IMG/VR virus record: IMGVR_UViG_3300009068_000001 | Location: 1-64,000 of that record | DNA from: a virus | Length of the DNA: 64,000 nt | Direction: 5' to 3' (one strand) | In this document: in pieces, positions 17,329 to 26,051 of the stretch | Layout of the letters: each line of letters opens with the position of its first letter | How positions within the stretch are numbered: the stretch's first letter is position 1 | Position numbers and translations under genes: made by a program | The notes under the pieces: generated by a model | What the model saw: only the letters and a program-made list of their open reading frames with translations | Told to the model about the DNA's origin: nothing | Databases searched by the model: none

Positions 17329-17491
17329 TAATATGATGTTCGGTTATATTTCTAGTTCCTTTAAGACTTTTTATATATCCCAGTTTACCTGAATCCATCC
17401 AACGCCCAATAGTTTTAGGGTTTACGCTAAAAAGCGTAGCAACTTCAGATGGTTTATATATTTTTGTAAAAGATTCAGGATTTTCACTCAT
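17255..17491 (-). CDS. BldC-like MerR/Xis-type helix-turn-helix regulator with a Cys tail
   Basis: YKPSEVATLFSVNPKTIGRWMDSGKLGYIKSLKGTR resembles BldC LTPAEVATMFRVDPKTVTRWAKAGKL...TLGGHR. Confidence 0.7.
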   Translation of the reverse strand: MSENPESFTKIYKPSEVATLFSVNPKTIGRWMDSGKLGYIKSLKGTRNITEHHINAVSSGVCRGCSSLRDTSGGCNCG

Positions 17492-17850
17492 TACCACACA
17501 CTCTCTGATACGTTTCGAGCTGTTCCAGAGTAGGAACCCTTTTCTTGGGTAAAGTCTACACGATTTGGTTGGAATTCATTATTTACATCCATAACATCTA
17601 GTATGCCTAGCTCACGTGTACGGTATCCGTAACGTGGTGGAAACATATTGACTTGTGGAAGTGGTGGCCTAACAATGTCTGGAATTAATTGGGCCGGCAT
17701 AGTTACAGATTTAAGTGCACGGGCCATGAAAGCTTCTTGAGCGTTAGCAAAAGGACCCATGTAATCATAGCGAAGTAATGATGGTTCTGGATCTTCGCTT
17801 ACAATCCCACGACCTTTACTATGGTCATATACACCATCTTGATTCATCAT
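17491..17850 (-). CDS. Hypothetical protein (119 aa)
   Basis: TAATG coupling on both sides. Confidence 0.65.
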   Translation of the reverse strand: MMNQDGVYDHSKGRGIVSEDPEPSLLRYDYMGPFANAQEAFMARALKSVTMPAQLIPDIVRPPLPQVNMFPPRYGYRTRELGILDVMDVNNEFQPNRVDFTQEKGSYSGTARNVSESVW

Positions 17851-18581
17851 TAGCGGCCTCGTCGTGGTCTGTTAGGATCTAAAAAGTCTGTGGTGTCAGG
17901 AGCTGTACTTTCTACAGGCTTCATCTGACCAAACTTAATTGGGTTTGCTACATTTGATCCTAATCCGGTAATTCTACCTTGCAGGTCACCAGTAGCTGGA
18001 TCATCTTCACTCTGGTATCGAACTCCATATACTAAACGAGTATGAATATCTTTGTTACCTGGGTGAGGTTGATTTTCTAGATTGCCTGGATTTAAACCTT
18101 GCTTGCGTTGTTCATCTAAACCGCGCAAAGCGTTTTGATGTCTTTCGTTCCAAAGTTTATATCTTGCTCCAAAAGCTAACTGTTCACCAGTTTTCTTTTC
18201 AGGAGGTAAATGTGCGCCTGATTTAATTGCAAAGTGATTAACAATATCTTTCATTGAAAAATATACACGAACAGATTGTGGTGCCGAACCACTCTTTTTG
18301 TCAACATAGTGAGGTACTTCTTGGTACGCAGCTTCTTTAAAATTAGGTTCATGTGATATACCTAGATGCGGAGCTACATCGTGTGTAGTTAAAAACGGAA
18401 TACCTTCTCGGTCTAAAGGACGTGGTGTAGCACGGGTTGTTTCTGTATTTGGTTCAACAGGAGTTACAGGACCATAACCTCGTTCGCCTGGTCTAGGGTC
18501 TTGTGGTCTTTCTACAGGCTTAGAAGACTGTCCTTCAATAGCTGCCCATGGGGGCATAGGAACACCTCTGCGACGTGTCAT
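17850..18581 (-). CDS. Pro-rich hypothetical protein (243 aa)
   Basis: TAATG coupling. Confidence 0.65.
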   Translation of the reverse strand: MTRRRGVPMPPWAAIEGQSSKPVERPQDPRPGERGYGPVTPVEPNTETTRATPRPLDREGIPFLTTHDVAPHLGISHEPNFKEAAYQEVPHYVDKKSGSAPQSVRVYFSMKDIVNHFAIKSGAHLPPEKKTGEQLAFGARYKLWNERHQNALRGLDEQRKQGLNPGNLENQPHPGNKDIHTRLVYGVRYQSEDDPATGDLQGRITGLGSNVANPIKFGQMKPVESTAPDTTDFLDPNRPRRGR

Positions 18582-18853
18582 TAATCGTTGCCCCCTAAAC
18601 TATCATTATGCATTTTCATAGATTCTTTGAAATGTGAATCACGTCCAAGTTCAGTTTCTTGATCTTGAAGCATACCGGCGCTACACTCTGTGCATTCAGC
18701 ACCATGACCCATATTATTAGAAAACTTACTTACTCCTGTAGGGGTAAGCTTAGTTAATCTTTTTCCAACAGCATGTGCTGCTTTCCAATTCCATTCAGAA
18801 TCATGAGATCCTGTATCTTTTTCTTGATCGTAAAAATCTGACACTATACCCAC
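18581..18853 (-). CDS. Hypothetical protein (90 aa)
   Basis: Packed ORF. Confidence 0.55.
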   Translation of the reverse strand: MGIVSDFYDQEKDTGSHDSEWNWKAAHAVGKRLTKLTPTGVSKFSNNMGHGAECTECSAGMLQDQETELGRDSHFKESMKMHNDSLGGND

Positions 18854-19389
18854 CTTGGTTTTAAGTGAGCAAATAGTGCTCCGGTACGAGGATTAAATTC
18901 TGCAGGTACATTTGCTGATACATCAGCCTTGCCATCATTAACAAGATGAGGTGCTGGAGCTAAGGCTAGTTGAGGAGCGTTACGCACACCCATCATTACT
19001 AGTGTGCCTTCATTCTCTATAGGCTTATAGATCTTAGGATTTAAACGACGATCTGGTTCTAAATTCTCTGGCCACATGTATGATCCTGGATCAATACGTT
19101 CGCCTTTGTGAACACCTCGTTGGTATGCACGTTGGTTCTGTCGGTTTTTTAATGAGTCAAGAACTGTGTCGGACATTGCATAAGGCTTTCCCTTATCATC
19201 ACGACGTGATCGAATAGTTCCAAGATAACCGTCTGGGTATTCTGCTTGAGGTGCACGACCTACACCCATACGTGCAAAGTCCATACCACTTCGTGGTACT
19301 ACGGGCGTGCCTCCACCACCGGTGGTTGTATAAGCACCGATGTAACCGCTGGCTCCGAGATACTGCCAGTTATTATGGGATTGAGGCAT
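18844..19389 (-). CDS. Hypothetical protein (181 aa), first gene after the terminator
   Basis: ORF track. Confidence 0.7.
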   Translation of the reverse strand: MPQSHNNWQYLGASGYIGAYTTTGGGGTPVVPRSGMDFARMGVGRAPQAEYPDGYLGTIRSRRDDKGKPYAMSDTVLDSLKNRQNQRAYQRGVHKGERIDPGSYMWPENLEPDRRLNPKIYKPIENEGTLVMMGVRNAPQLALAPAPHLVNDGKADVSANVPAEFNPRTGALFAHLKPRWV

Positions 19390-19412
19390 GGTTACATAAT
19401 ACTACTAAAAGC

Positions 19413-19439
19413 AAAAGGCCGGGGTGTGTATCCCCGGCC
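19413..19439 (-). terminator. Rho-independent terminator
   Basis: GGCCGGGG/CCCCGGCC stem followed by TTTT on the minus strand. Confidence 0.75.
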
Positions 19440-19454
19440 GATTACATTTAATGC

Positions 19455-19649
19455 TTACTTAGAGGCACCAATTCCAATTGATGTGTCCTTTGGATTTAAC
19501 GCCTTGGCTAGTGGGCCAACGAGACCGGCAATGAATGCATTAAGCAGGGTCTTTGGGTCTGTGATCCCGCTCATGTAAAGAGCGGCTACAGCTGCTGCTG
19601 AGGCACGAAGATACGAACCAAACGCGGCCTGTAATGTCTTGATATCCAT
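19455..19649 (-). CDS. Putative holin (two hydrophobic segments)
   Basis: SYLRASAAAVAALY..., LNPKD tail; AAGGAG SD. Confidence 0.55.
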   Translation of the reverse strand: MDIKTLQAAFGSYLRASAAAVAALYMSGITDPKTLLNAFIAGLVGPLAKALNPKDTSIGIGASK

Positions 19650-19715
19650 GTTACTCCTTTAGTATAAACCCTTTTGGGGGCTTATAACTATTCTATAGGA
19701 TAACTAAGGAGTTGT

Positions 19716-19985
19716 CTACTTGGCGGTATCGTCCAAGTGTTGCTCAAAACGTCCCTCGAGCTTAGCAACTTTTTCACCAATAATAATCTGTTCTCCGCGT
19801 AGTTCTTTAAGCATAGGAATAATTTCTAAGTTAATCTTATCGTGTATTGATGAGCCACCGTTAGGGCGCAATTCAGAAAGAAAACTTTTCATCCATGTAC
19901 GCATAATCCAAGAGCCTATGACTCCTATAAATGCTGCTGTTGCTGTAAATCCTGCAAGTGTTGTTGCCCAGTCGGCAGCGGTCAT
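19716..19985 (-). CDS. Lysis-associated membrane protein (TM helix, ELRPNGGSS, coiled coil)
   Basis: N-terminal TM; PNGGSS motif common next to actinophage lysis genes. Confidence 0.6.
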   Translation of the reverse strand: MTAADWATTLAGFTATAAFIGVIGSWIMRTWMKSFLSELRPNGGSSIHDKINLEIIPMLKELRGEQIIIGEKVAKLEGRFEQHLDDTAK

Positions 19986-20069
19986 GTCATCTCCGAGAGT
20001 AGAAGTAATAGTGGTAAGTATGCCGACAAAAATACACCACGTAATGTTAAACTATGTAAATTATTAACT

Positions 20070-22619
20070 ATGTACATTCATAGAAAGGTCCATGAAATAA
20101 GAAAACTACGACTAATCGTAGAACTATTTCTTGCATCAATCCTCTATTTATATGTTACACAAGCCGTTGCATACGCAGAAGAACCAGTAACACCAGAACA
20201 GGTGGCAATTTCGCCTGCCTCAGATACCTCTACAGCTACCGTCAGCTTGCCAGCAGCTTTAGCATCGGCTATTGCCACGGTAGACACAGCCACAGCTACA
20301 GTAACTACTGCTGTAGCAGCTGCTGAAACTGCTGTAACTACAATTGTTAACACCCCAGCTAAAGTTGAAGTTGTACAAGCTAGCCCAGTAGTTGTTGCCG
20401 CGGTAGAGTCTGCAACAGCTGCAGTACAGGTTGCTAACACAGCTATCCAAGCAGCTGACTCAGCTACAGCAGTTGCAGCTACAGCAATTCAAGCTGTAGA
20501 TTCTCAGACTGCAGTAGTTGCTACAGCAACTACGAACTTAGAGAGTTCTACTGCAACTCTATCTACAGCTACAGCCGCTGTAGACTCACAAACAGCTGTA
20601 GTGGCTACAGCTACAACTAATCTTACAAATGCTCAAAATACCTTGACCCAGCTTCAGAATACGCCATCAGATAGTAAGACCTACACAACTGCTGGTTATG
20701 TAGCACCTGTTGCTCCAGAAACTCCAACAGTAACTACAACAACTCTTCCAGCTATGTATGATGGCGCAACAAAAATTCAAACACCTTTTGATATTAAGAT
20801 GGGCAACACTGTATACGAAGGTCAAGGATCAGCTAGCCAGATTTATGTAACCTCAAAGGCAACTATTACCTTTGGTACAGGCGACTTTAATTGGTGGGAT
20901 TTTCCTAATGGACCAAGCATTTCTGTCTTTGGATCAGATTTTCAAAGCGCTGGACCTAACGCTGGTATAACAGTAAGCACAACTCAAACTACCCTTGCTG
21001 TGGATTGGGATCTCCATCGTTTTGGAGATCCTGGAAGCCCACTTACAAATGTCAACTGGACTATGACTGTCAACCCTACTTCAGGGGAATGGACTGGTGT
21101 AGCAACCGTTGCAGGCAATACTACCAACCTTTGGAATGGCCCACGTATTGGTGTTCGTGAAACTGCAGGAACTGCAGTAAAGCCTATGACAAACGTAACT
21201 AATACTGAACTAACATCTCAAATTGAAAGCCAGACAGCCGTAGTTGCTGATAAGACTGTGGTTAAAACAACAGCGGTTGCAACCCTCACCACTCTTACTG
21301 AAGCTAAAACTACAGCGCAAACGGCTGTAACTACTGATACTCAAATTAAGGCTGAAGCAGTCTCTCTATTAACACAGTTAACTGACACAGCTACCGCTAC
21401 GGTAGCTACAGCTGTTGAGCTAGCTAATACTGCAGATACTAAGGCTAATGAAGCTAAAGCAGCTTTGGAATCAGCCGTAACAGTTATTACTCAAGTTGTA
21501 GCGGCTATAGTTCCACCAGTGGTCCCTGCGCCCACCCCGGCTCCAGAACCTCAACCTGCTCCTCAGCCTCAACCAGTGCCAGTCGAGCCAACACCTCAGC
21601 CCGTTCCTCCAACACCTGAGCCACAGCCTGCACCGGAACCAGCCCCTGAACCAACTCCGCAGCCAGACCCAACACCCGTACCTGTTGCTGAGCCAACTCC
21701 AGAACCTGTTCCTGAGCTTCCTGTAGAACCCGAACCACCTGTTGCAATCCCTGATCCTGAACCGACACCTATTGACCCACCCACAGAAGAGCCATTACCA
21801 CCCACAGAAGACCCACAACCGCCGGTAGCGCCCGAAGAGCCAACCGTAACGCCCGAGGAGCCTCCTGTGGCACCTGAGCCACCTGTGGAACCAGAACCAG
21901 CACCAGAGACACCAGAGCCAGAGCCACAAAATCCGATAGAAGAACCATCACAACCTCCTGTAGTAGAACCTATTCCTAGTCTATCAGATTCTGTGGATAA
22001 TGCGCTATCCGATGGAAAGATCACAGCATCCGACGCAGCAGCTGTTATGGAGTCTTTAAACGCTGATGGAAAGGTTACTGCTGAAGAAGTTTCTAATCTA
22101 GTTGATGCTTTAAAAGAAGACGGTAAGTTAAGCGAGGCTGAAAAAGATTTGGTTGCTACCGCTCTTATTGAGTCTGTTGCTCCTGGAGAAACTCTTACCA
22201 AAGAGCAAATTCAAGATGCAGGCATTGCATACCAAGATTTACCTCCTGAGACTCCTGTTGAGGTTAGGCAGGATGAAAACGGTAATGAAGTTATAATTAC
22301 GGCAGACGTAGCTGCGGCTCTAGTTCTTCTAGAGAACCCATCTGAATTAATTGGTACAATATTTAGTGACCCAGGTCAAGCCCTCCAAGCCCTAGGAAGT
22401 ATAGGTGCGGATATGAGCGTAGAAGAACGTGAAGAAGCAGAGAAGATGGTCGTTGCTGCTGTCATTGCAGGTAATGCTGCAATCAATGCAGTAGGAGCGG
22501 CAGCATCGGCTGCTGGTGGAGCTACCAGAAGTGGTGGCGGTACTGGTGGCGGTGGTGGAAGTTCTGGTGGTGGAGGCTCATCAGGAGAAACTAAAGGCGT
22601 TAGGAGACGTAAACCTTGA
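20070..22619 (+). CDS. Large secreted or surface protein: signal peptide, Ala/Thr/Val coiled region, beta domain, Pro/Glu rod, DGK repeats, Gly-rich basic tail
   Basis: AVAYA|EE cleavage-like site; VDSQTAVVATATTNL x2; PEP repeats ~21510-21980. Confidence 0.75.
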   Translation: MYIHRKVHEIRKLRLIVELFLASILYLYVTQAVAYAEEPVTPEQVAISPASDTSTATVSLPAALASAIATVDTATATVTTAVAAAETAVTTIVNTPAKVEVVQASPVVVAAVESATAAVQVANTAIQAADSATAVAATAIQAVDSQTAVVATATTNLESSTATLSTATAAVDSQTAVVATATTNLTNAQNTLTQLQNTPSDSKTYTTAGYVAPVAPETPTVTTTTLPAMYDGATKIQTPFDIKMGNTVYEGQGSASQIYVTSKATITFGTGDFNWWDFPNGPSISVFGSDFQSAGPNAGITVSTTQTTLAVDWDLHRFGDPGSPLTNVNWTMTVNPTSGEWTGVATVAGNTTNLWNGPRIGVRETAGTAVKPMTNVTNTELTSQIESQTAVVADKTVVKTTAVATLTTLTEAKTTAQTAVTTDTQIKAEAVSLLTQLTDTATATVATAVELANTADTKANEAKAALESAVTVITQVVAAIVPPVVPAPTPAPEPQPAPQPQPVPVEPTPQPVPPTPEPQPAPEPAPEPTPQPDPTPVPVAEPTPEPVPELPVEPEPPVAIPDPEPTPIDPPTEEPLPPTEDPQPPVAPEEPTVTPEEPPVAPEPPVEPEPAPETPEPEPQNPIEEPSQPPVVEPIPSLSDSVDNALSDGKITASDAAAVMESLNADGKVTAEEVSNLVDALKEDGKLSEAEKDLVATALIESVAPGETLTKEQIQDAGIAYQDLPPETPVEVRQDENGNEVIITADVAAALVLLENPSELIGTIFSDPGQALQALGSIGADMSVEEREEAEKMVVAAVIAGNAAINAVGAAASAAGGATRSGGGTGGGGGSSGGGGSSGETKGVRRRKP

Positions 22620-22789
22620 AAAAAGTATTCACAGACATGGTTGATCAACTATGGACATTGTTAGGCATGTTTATTGCCTGGGTTGTTCTAGACGGATCAG
22701 CTAAGACCATTGTTGGTTATGCAATCATCGGAACACTATTTGCTTGGGCGATCACCTATCCAATTCGTAACCCAAAGGATGAAGAATGA
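22616..22789 (+). CDS. Small two-TM membrane protein (57 aa, TTG start), not in the ORF track
   Basis: LKKVFTDMVDQLWTLLGMFIAWVVLDGSAKTIVGYAIIGTLFAWAITYPIRNPKDEE; AGGAG SD; overlaps both neighbours. Confidence 0.7.
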   Translation: MKKVFTDMVDQLWTLLGMFIAWVVLDGSAKTIVGYAIIGTLFAWAITYPIRNPKDEE

Positions 22790-23160
22790 AATCAGGACTA
22801 AAAATGTTTGGCAATATTCTACTTCGCATCGTTGCTGTATTTGCAGCTAGCGGTCTAGGAGTAATTGGTGCTGGCTCTATTGCCGGTATCTCAGTACTAA
22901 AGGCTGTAACAGTAGCTGGCCTTACAGCAGTTGCAGCAGTAGTAGAAAAGCTAGCTCGTGGCTTCATGAACGATGGCAAGCTATCACTAGACGAAATCAA
23001 TTCAGCATTTGCAGCAGTTGATGTCAATTCTAAGACAGCAGCAGACCTACAAGTTGAAGCTAACCAGACAGGTATTGCAGTAACTATTGCACCAACTGTT
23101 GGAAAGCCAGATGGACAAGTTCCAGCAGAGCATCCGGTAGATGAGGAATGGGATAAGTAA
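22786..23160 (+). CDS. Membrane protein, holin candidate
   Basis: Two hydrophobic segments plus DGKLSLDEI; directly upstream of the endolysin. Confidence 0.6.
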   Translation: MKSGLKMFGNILLRIVAVFAASGLGVIGAGSIAGISVLKAVTVAGLTAVAAVVEKLARGFMNDGKLSLDEINSAFAAVDVNSKTAADLQVEANQTGIAVTIAPTVGKPDGQVPAEHPVDEEWDK

Positions 23161-23708
23161 TGGCAGACAAAGGTACAGCAGCTAAACTTATTGAAGTTGC
23201 TACAGCAGAATTAGGAACTATTGAAGGTCCTAAAGATAATGAAACAAAGTATGGTGCTTACACAAAGGCTAATTTTCAGCCATGGTGTGGGTCTTTCGTA
23301 AACTGGTGCGCTAACGAAGCCGGTGTAAAGGTACCTAATACCGTTTACACACCTGGTGGAGCAGCAGCGTTTAAGAAAGCTAACTCATGGCTTGATGCAG
23401 ATATTGCTGATCCAGATGCTGGAGATATCGCATACTTTGATTTCCCTTCAGATGGCGTAGACCGTATCTCTCACGTTGGAATTGTTATTAAGGACAACGG
23501 TGATGGAACTGTTTGGTGCATCGAAGGAAACACAAGCCCAGATGATAAGGGCTCACAACGTAATGGTGGTCAGGTTTCTAAGAAGCTTCGTGCTTACAAG
23601 AAAAATCCTAAGAAGGTTATGATTTCAATCGTAGGCTTTGGTCGCCCTAAGTTTGGTGCAGCACCAGCAGCACCGGTAGCGGCTAAGTGCCCTACTTGCG
23701 GTAAGTAA
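23160..23708 (+). CDS. CHAP-domain endolysin
   Basis: PWCGSFV catalytic Cys, SHVGIV His, IEGNT. Confidence 0.85.
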   Translation: MADKGTAAKLIEVATAELGTIEGPKDNETKYGAYTKANFQPWCGSFVNWCANEAGVKVPNTVYTPGGAAAFKKANSWLDADIADPDAGDIAYFDFPSDGVDRISHVGIVIKDNGDGTVWCIEGNTSPDDKGSQRNGGQVSKKLRAYKKNPKKVMISIVGFGRPKFGAAPAAPVAAKCPTCGK

Positions 23709-23800
23709 TGTATTACCTTACTCACTTTACATTTCAAGGAACATTCATAGTAACGCTAGTCGTTACTACTGTTCTTGGTATGTGGTGGGCAGAGCGTTAA
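23708..23800 (+). CDS. Hydrophobic micropeptide (30 aa), not in the ORF track
   Basis: MYYLTHFTFQGTFIVTLVVTTVLGMWWAER; TAATG coupling. Confidence 0.45.
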   Translation: MYYLTHFTFQGTFIVTLVVTTVLGMWWAER

Positions 23801-23809
23801 AAACTAAAT

Positions 23810-23841
23810 AAAAAAGCCCCCTAGTGATAGGGGGCTTTTTT
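23810..23841. terminator. Bidirectional Rho-independent terminator
   Basis: AAAAAAGCCCCCTA-gtga-TAGGGGGCTTTTTT at a strand convergence. Confidence 0.9.
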
Positions 23842-23880
23842 ATTGGCCTGGTGACTATAGCACTGTTGTTACACGGTAAA

Positions 23881-25050
23881 CTATAGCGGAGTGCCAAACT
23901 TATCTACTGTAGAGTGGATCTCTTGACCACGATACATTGTCTTACCTTTGTGGATATGAACTTGATCAAAATGGAAGCTGTCGTCATCTCCGTCTTTAAA
24001 GAAGATAACGCTTACACCCTGTTGCCAGTTCTCAAAATACTGAAGAGCCTGCCCCTTAACATCAACACCACCCTTAACCGATGGTACAGCCCCATCCACT
24101 CGGCAGAGGCATCCAGGCGAGAATGATACGCTTTTAATGGACTGATCCCGATCAAAGACAGTTTTGCTCTGTTGTTCCATACGATGTGTATGACCAAAGA
24201 GGGTGGAAATATTTGGATTAGAATTCGCATATTGAGCAGCTGTAGAACCAGATGCGTTAGCCCTATCACCATGCATAGCACGAAGGCGCTTATTAATCCA
24301 ATGTGCAGCAGCTGGGTAACCATCAATAAACTCCACTCCTAGTTCATCACAACGCAATAAATTTTGTAAACTTAATACCGGCCATGAATCCGGCATGTTT
24401 GCTACCTTTATACCGTAAGCAGCAGCAGCGTTGTTATTAACGAAACGAGTGAGACGCTTATCATGATTACCTTCAAGAAGAATAATTCTTGCATCCACCC
24501 CGGCATTAGCACGCTGCTCAGCAAGGAAACGATGGCCACGATTAATAGCAAGTTGGGCAGTGTGTGCAAAGTTTTGCTCCTGTTCATAAGTACCGTACAT
24601 AGGTAAGTCTAGGAAGTCTCCTAGGTTAATAACTTGGGCCACTGGGTGACCGTGATCGAGTCCAACGATTTGTAAAGCAACGTCCATTGCAGCTTCGTCA
24701 TGAAACGGATCTAGACTACCATCTTCGTAGCGACGGTAACCAATTTGTGGATCTGGTAATGCAACTGCTACTTTCCAGCCACTGCTTATCAAAGCAGGGG
24801 TCGGGGTAGTTTTTGGATTAATGACTACTGGATCTGCTGGCTGTACTGGTTGCCAAGTAGGTCCTTCACTCCACTTAGGAGAGAGAATAATTTTAGTATC
24901 ATCGGGATTAGTAGAAAGACTTACCTTACTAATCTTACCGATATCTTCAGGACTTAGGCCATTAGCCTTAAGTAACTTATCAATAGAACTTAAGCCACTA
25001 GATGCAGCAGCTTCTTCTTTAGCGGTATTATATGCATCATTTAGCGACAT
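23881..25050 (-). CDS. Calcineurin-like metallophosphoesterase
   Basis: DPQ, GDFLD, GNHD, HGD, GHTH motifs. Confidence 0.85.
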   Translation of the reverse strand: MSLNDAYNTAKEEAAASSGLSSIDKLLKANGLSPEDIGKISKVSLSTNPDDTKIILSPKWSEGPTWQPVQPADPVVINPKTTPTPALISSGWKVAVALPDPQIGYRRYEDGSLDPFHDEAAMDVALQIVGLDHGHPVAQVINLGDFLDLPMYGTYEQEQNFAHTAQLAINRGHRFLAEQRANAGVDARIILLEGNHDKRLTRFVNNNAAAAYGIKVANMPDSWPVLSLQNLLRCDELGVEFIDGYPAAAHWINKRLRAMHGDRANASGSTAAQYANSNPNISTLFGHTHRMEQQSKTVFDRDQSIKSVSFSPGCLCRVDGAVPSVKGGVDVKGQALQYFENWQQGVSVIFFKDGDDDSFHFDQVHIHKGKTMYRGQEIHSTVDKFGTPL

Positions 25051-25280
25051 GAACAGTTCCCATTTCTGTGCTCTTTAAGAGACGTTAGACCGAAAGTTGC
25101 ACCAGCATTTTTGTAAAGAGTATGAAGACTGCGTGTACTAAAGTCTTCATCATTTAAAGATTCTTCAAAGGCTTTGTGGTCTGATTCAACCATGAGTACA
25201 GCCCATTGACCTACAACACACTTACCTATAACGAAAGTGTTCTCTTCTTTTGCCTTTACATACAAAGCATCTAAACTCAT
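25041..25280 (-). CDS. Small protein with a C-terminal H-x4-CxC motif
   Basis: GGAGG SD; overlaps the phosphoesterase start. Confidence 0.65.
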   Translation of the reverse strand: MSLDALYVKAKEENTFVIGKCVVGQWAVLMVESDHKAFEESLNDEDFSTRSLHTLYKNAGATFGLTSLKEHRNGNCSCR

Positions 25281-25295
25281 TGCGCCCTCCAGCTA

Positions 25296-25327
25296 ATAAT
25301 AGGGCCTTAGTTAAAAGGCCCTATTAT
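25296..25327. promoter_or_regulatory. Perfect 13-bp inverted repeat overlapping a minus-strand TATAAT
   Basis: ATAATAGGGCCTT-agttaa-AAGGCCCTATTAT. Confidence 0.5.
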
Positions 25328-25340
25328 AATTGTATACGAC

Positions 25341-25694
25341 TTAGTAGGAAGTTTCAATTCCTTGTGTCCAAGAGTCCTTCTGACGAACGACTGATGGTGA
25401 AACAATGCGACCGTTAGCCTGAGTCATACCGGCTTCTGGAGCAGTTTGCTTCATGTATGTTGCCTTGATTGAGTAAGCAGCACCCTTACGTTCTCCTGCG
25501 TACGGCTCGTTAACACGGTTAACTTTTGTGCCTGCGGCATATGGATCTCCGGCTGCTGTGTTCTTTTTAGGAACAAGTGTGCCAGCTTCTGGTGATGCTG
25601 ATGGTGAAGTAAACTTACGTCCTTCACTACCCATTGTCTTGCGACCTTGGGTGTTTCCTGCGGTAACCGCAGCGTCTAATTCTGACTTTGCCAT
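25341..25694 (-). CDS. Hypothetical protein (117 aa)
   Basis: ORF track. Confidence 0.65.
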   Translation of the reverse strand: MAKSELDAAVTAGNTQGRKTMGSEGRKFTSPSASPEAGTLVPKKNTAAGDPYAAGTKVNRVNEPYAGERKGAAYSIKATYMKQTAPEAGMTQANGRIVSPSVVRQKDSWTQGIETSY

Positions 25695-25724
25695 TATGGT
25701 ACCTATCTGTTAGAGAGCTCTATG

Positions 25725-26006
25725 TTAATTGACCGAGATAGTAAATACAATTGCGGAGATAGATCCGTCTCTTGACTCCACGGTTGTAAAACCTGGGCGA
25801 CAAGTTAGATCTAGTCCTCTAGGGGCTACGTATCCTCTAGCGATGGCTATTGCTTTTACTGCTTGGTTTACTGCTGAGGCTCCTACTGCACGTAGCTTGA
25901 TCTGTGGAGATTCATATAGCGCATGTGCGATAGCTGAGCCAACGGATTGTGCATTAGATCCAGCGCTTACACGCAGGAACTTTTCTTCTGTATCTTTTTC
26001 ATTCAC
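25725..26006 (-). CDS. spoVS: SpoVS family protein (Alba-like fold)
   Basis: LRVSAGSNAQSVGSAIA...AVGASAVNQAVKAIAIARGYVAPRGLDLTCRPGF...ISAIVF closely follows the SpoVS consensus. Confidence 0.88.
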   Translation of the reverse strand: MNEKDTEEKFLRVSAGSNAQSVGSAIAHALYESPQIKLRAVGASAVNQAVKAIAIARGYVAPRGLDLTCRPGFTTVESRDGSISAIVFTISVN

Positions 26007-26051
26007 GAGTTGTAGTCCTTAAGGTATGTGCCCACCTAGGGAAACTATACC

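Noticed and set aside
21596-22648. Long antisense ORFs (21596-22201, 22376-22648 and similar shadows such as 20144-20440)
   Set aside because: Mirror products of low-complexity Pro/Ala codons in the real + strand gene; no SD.
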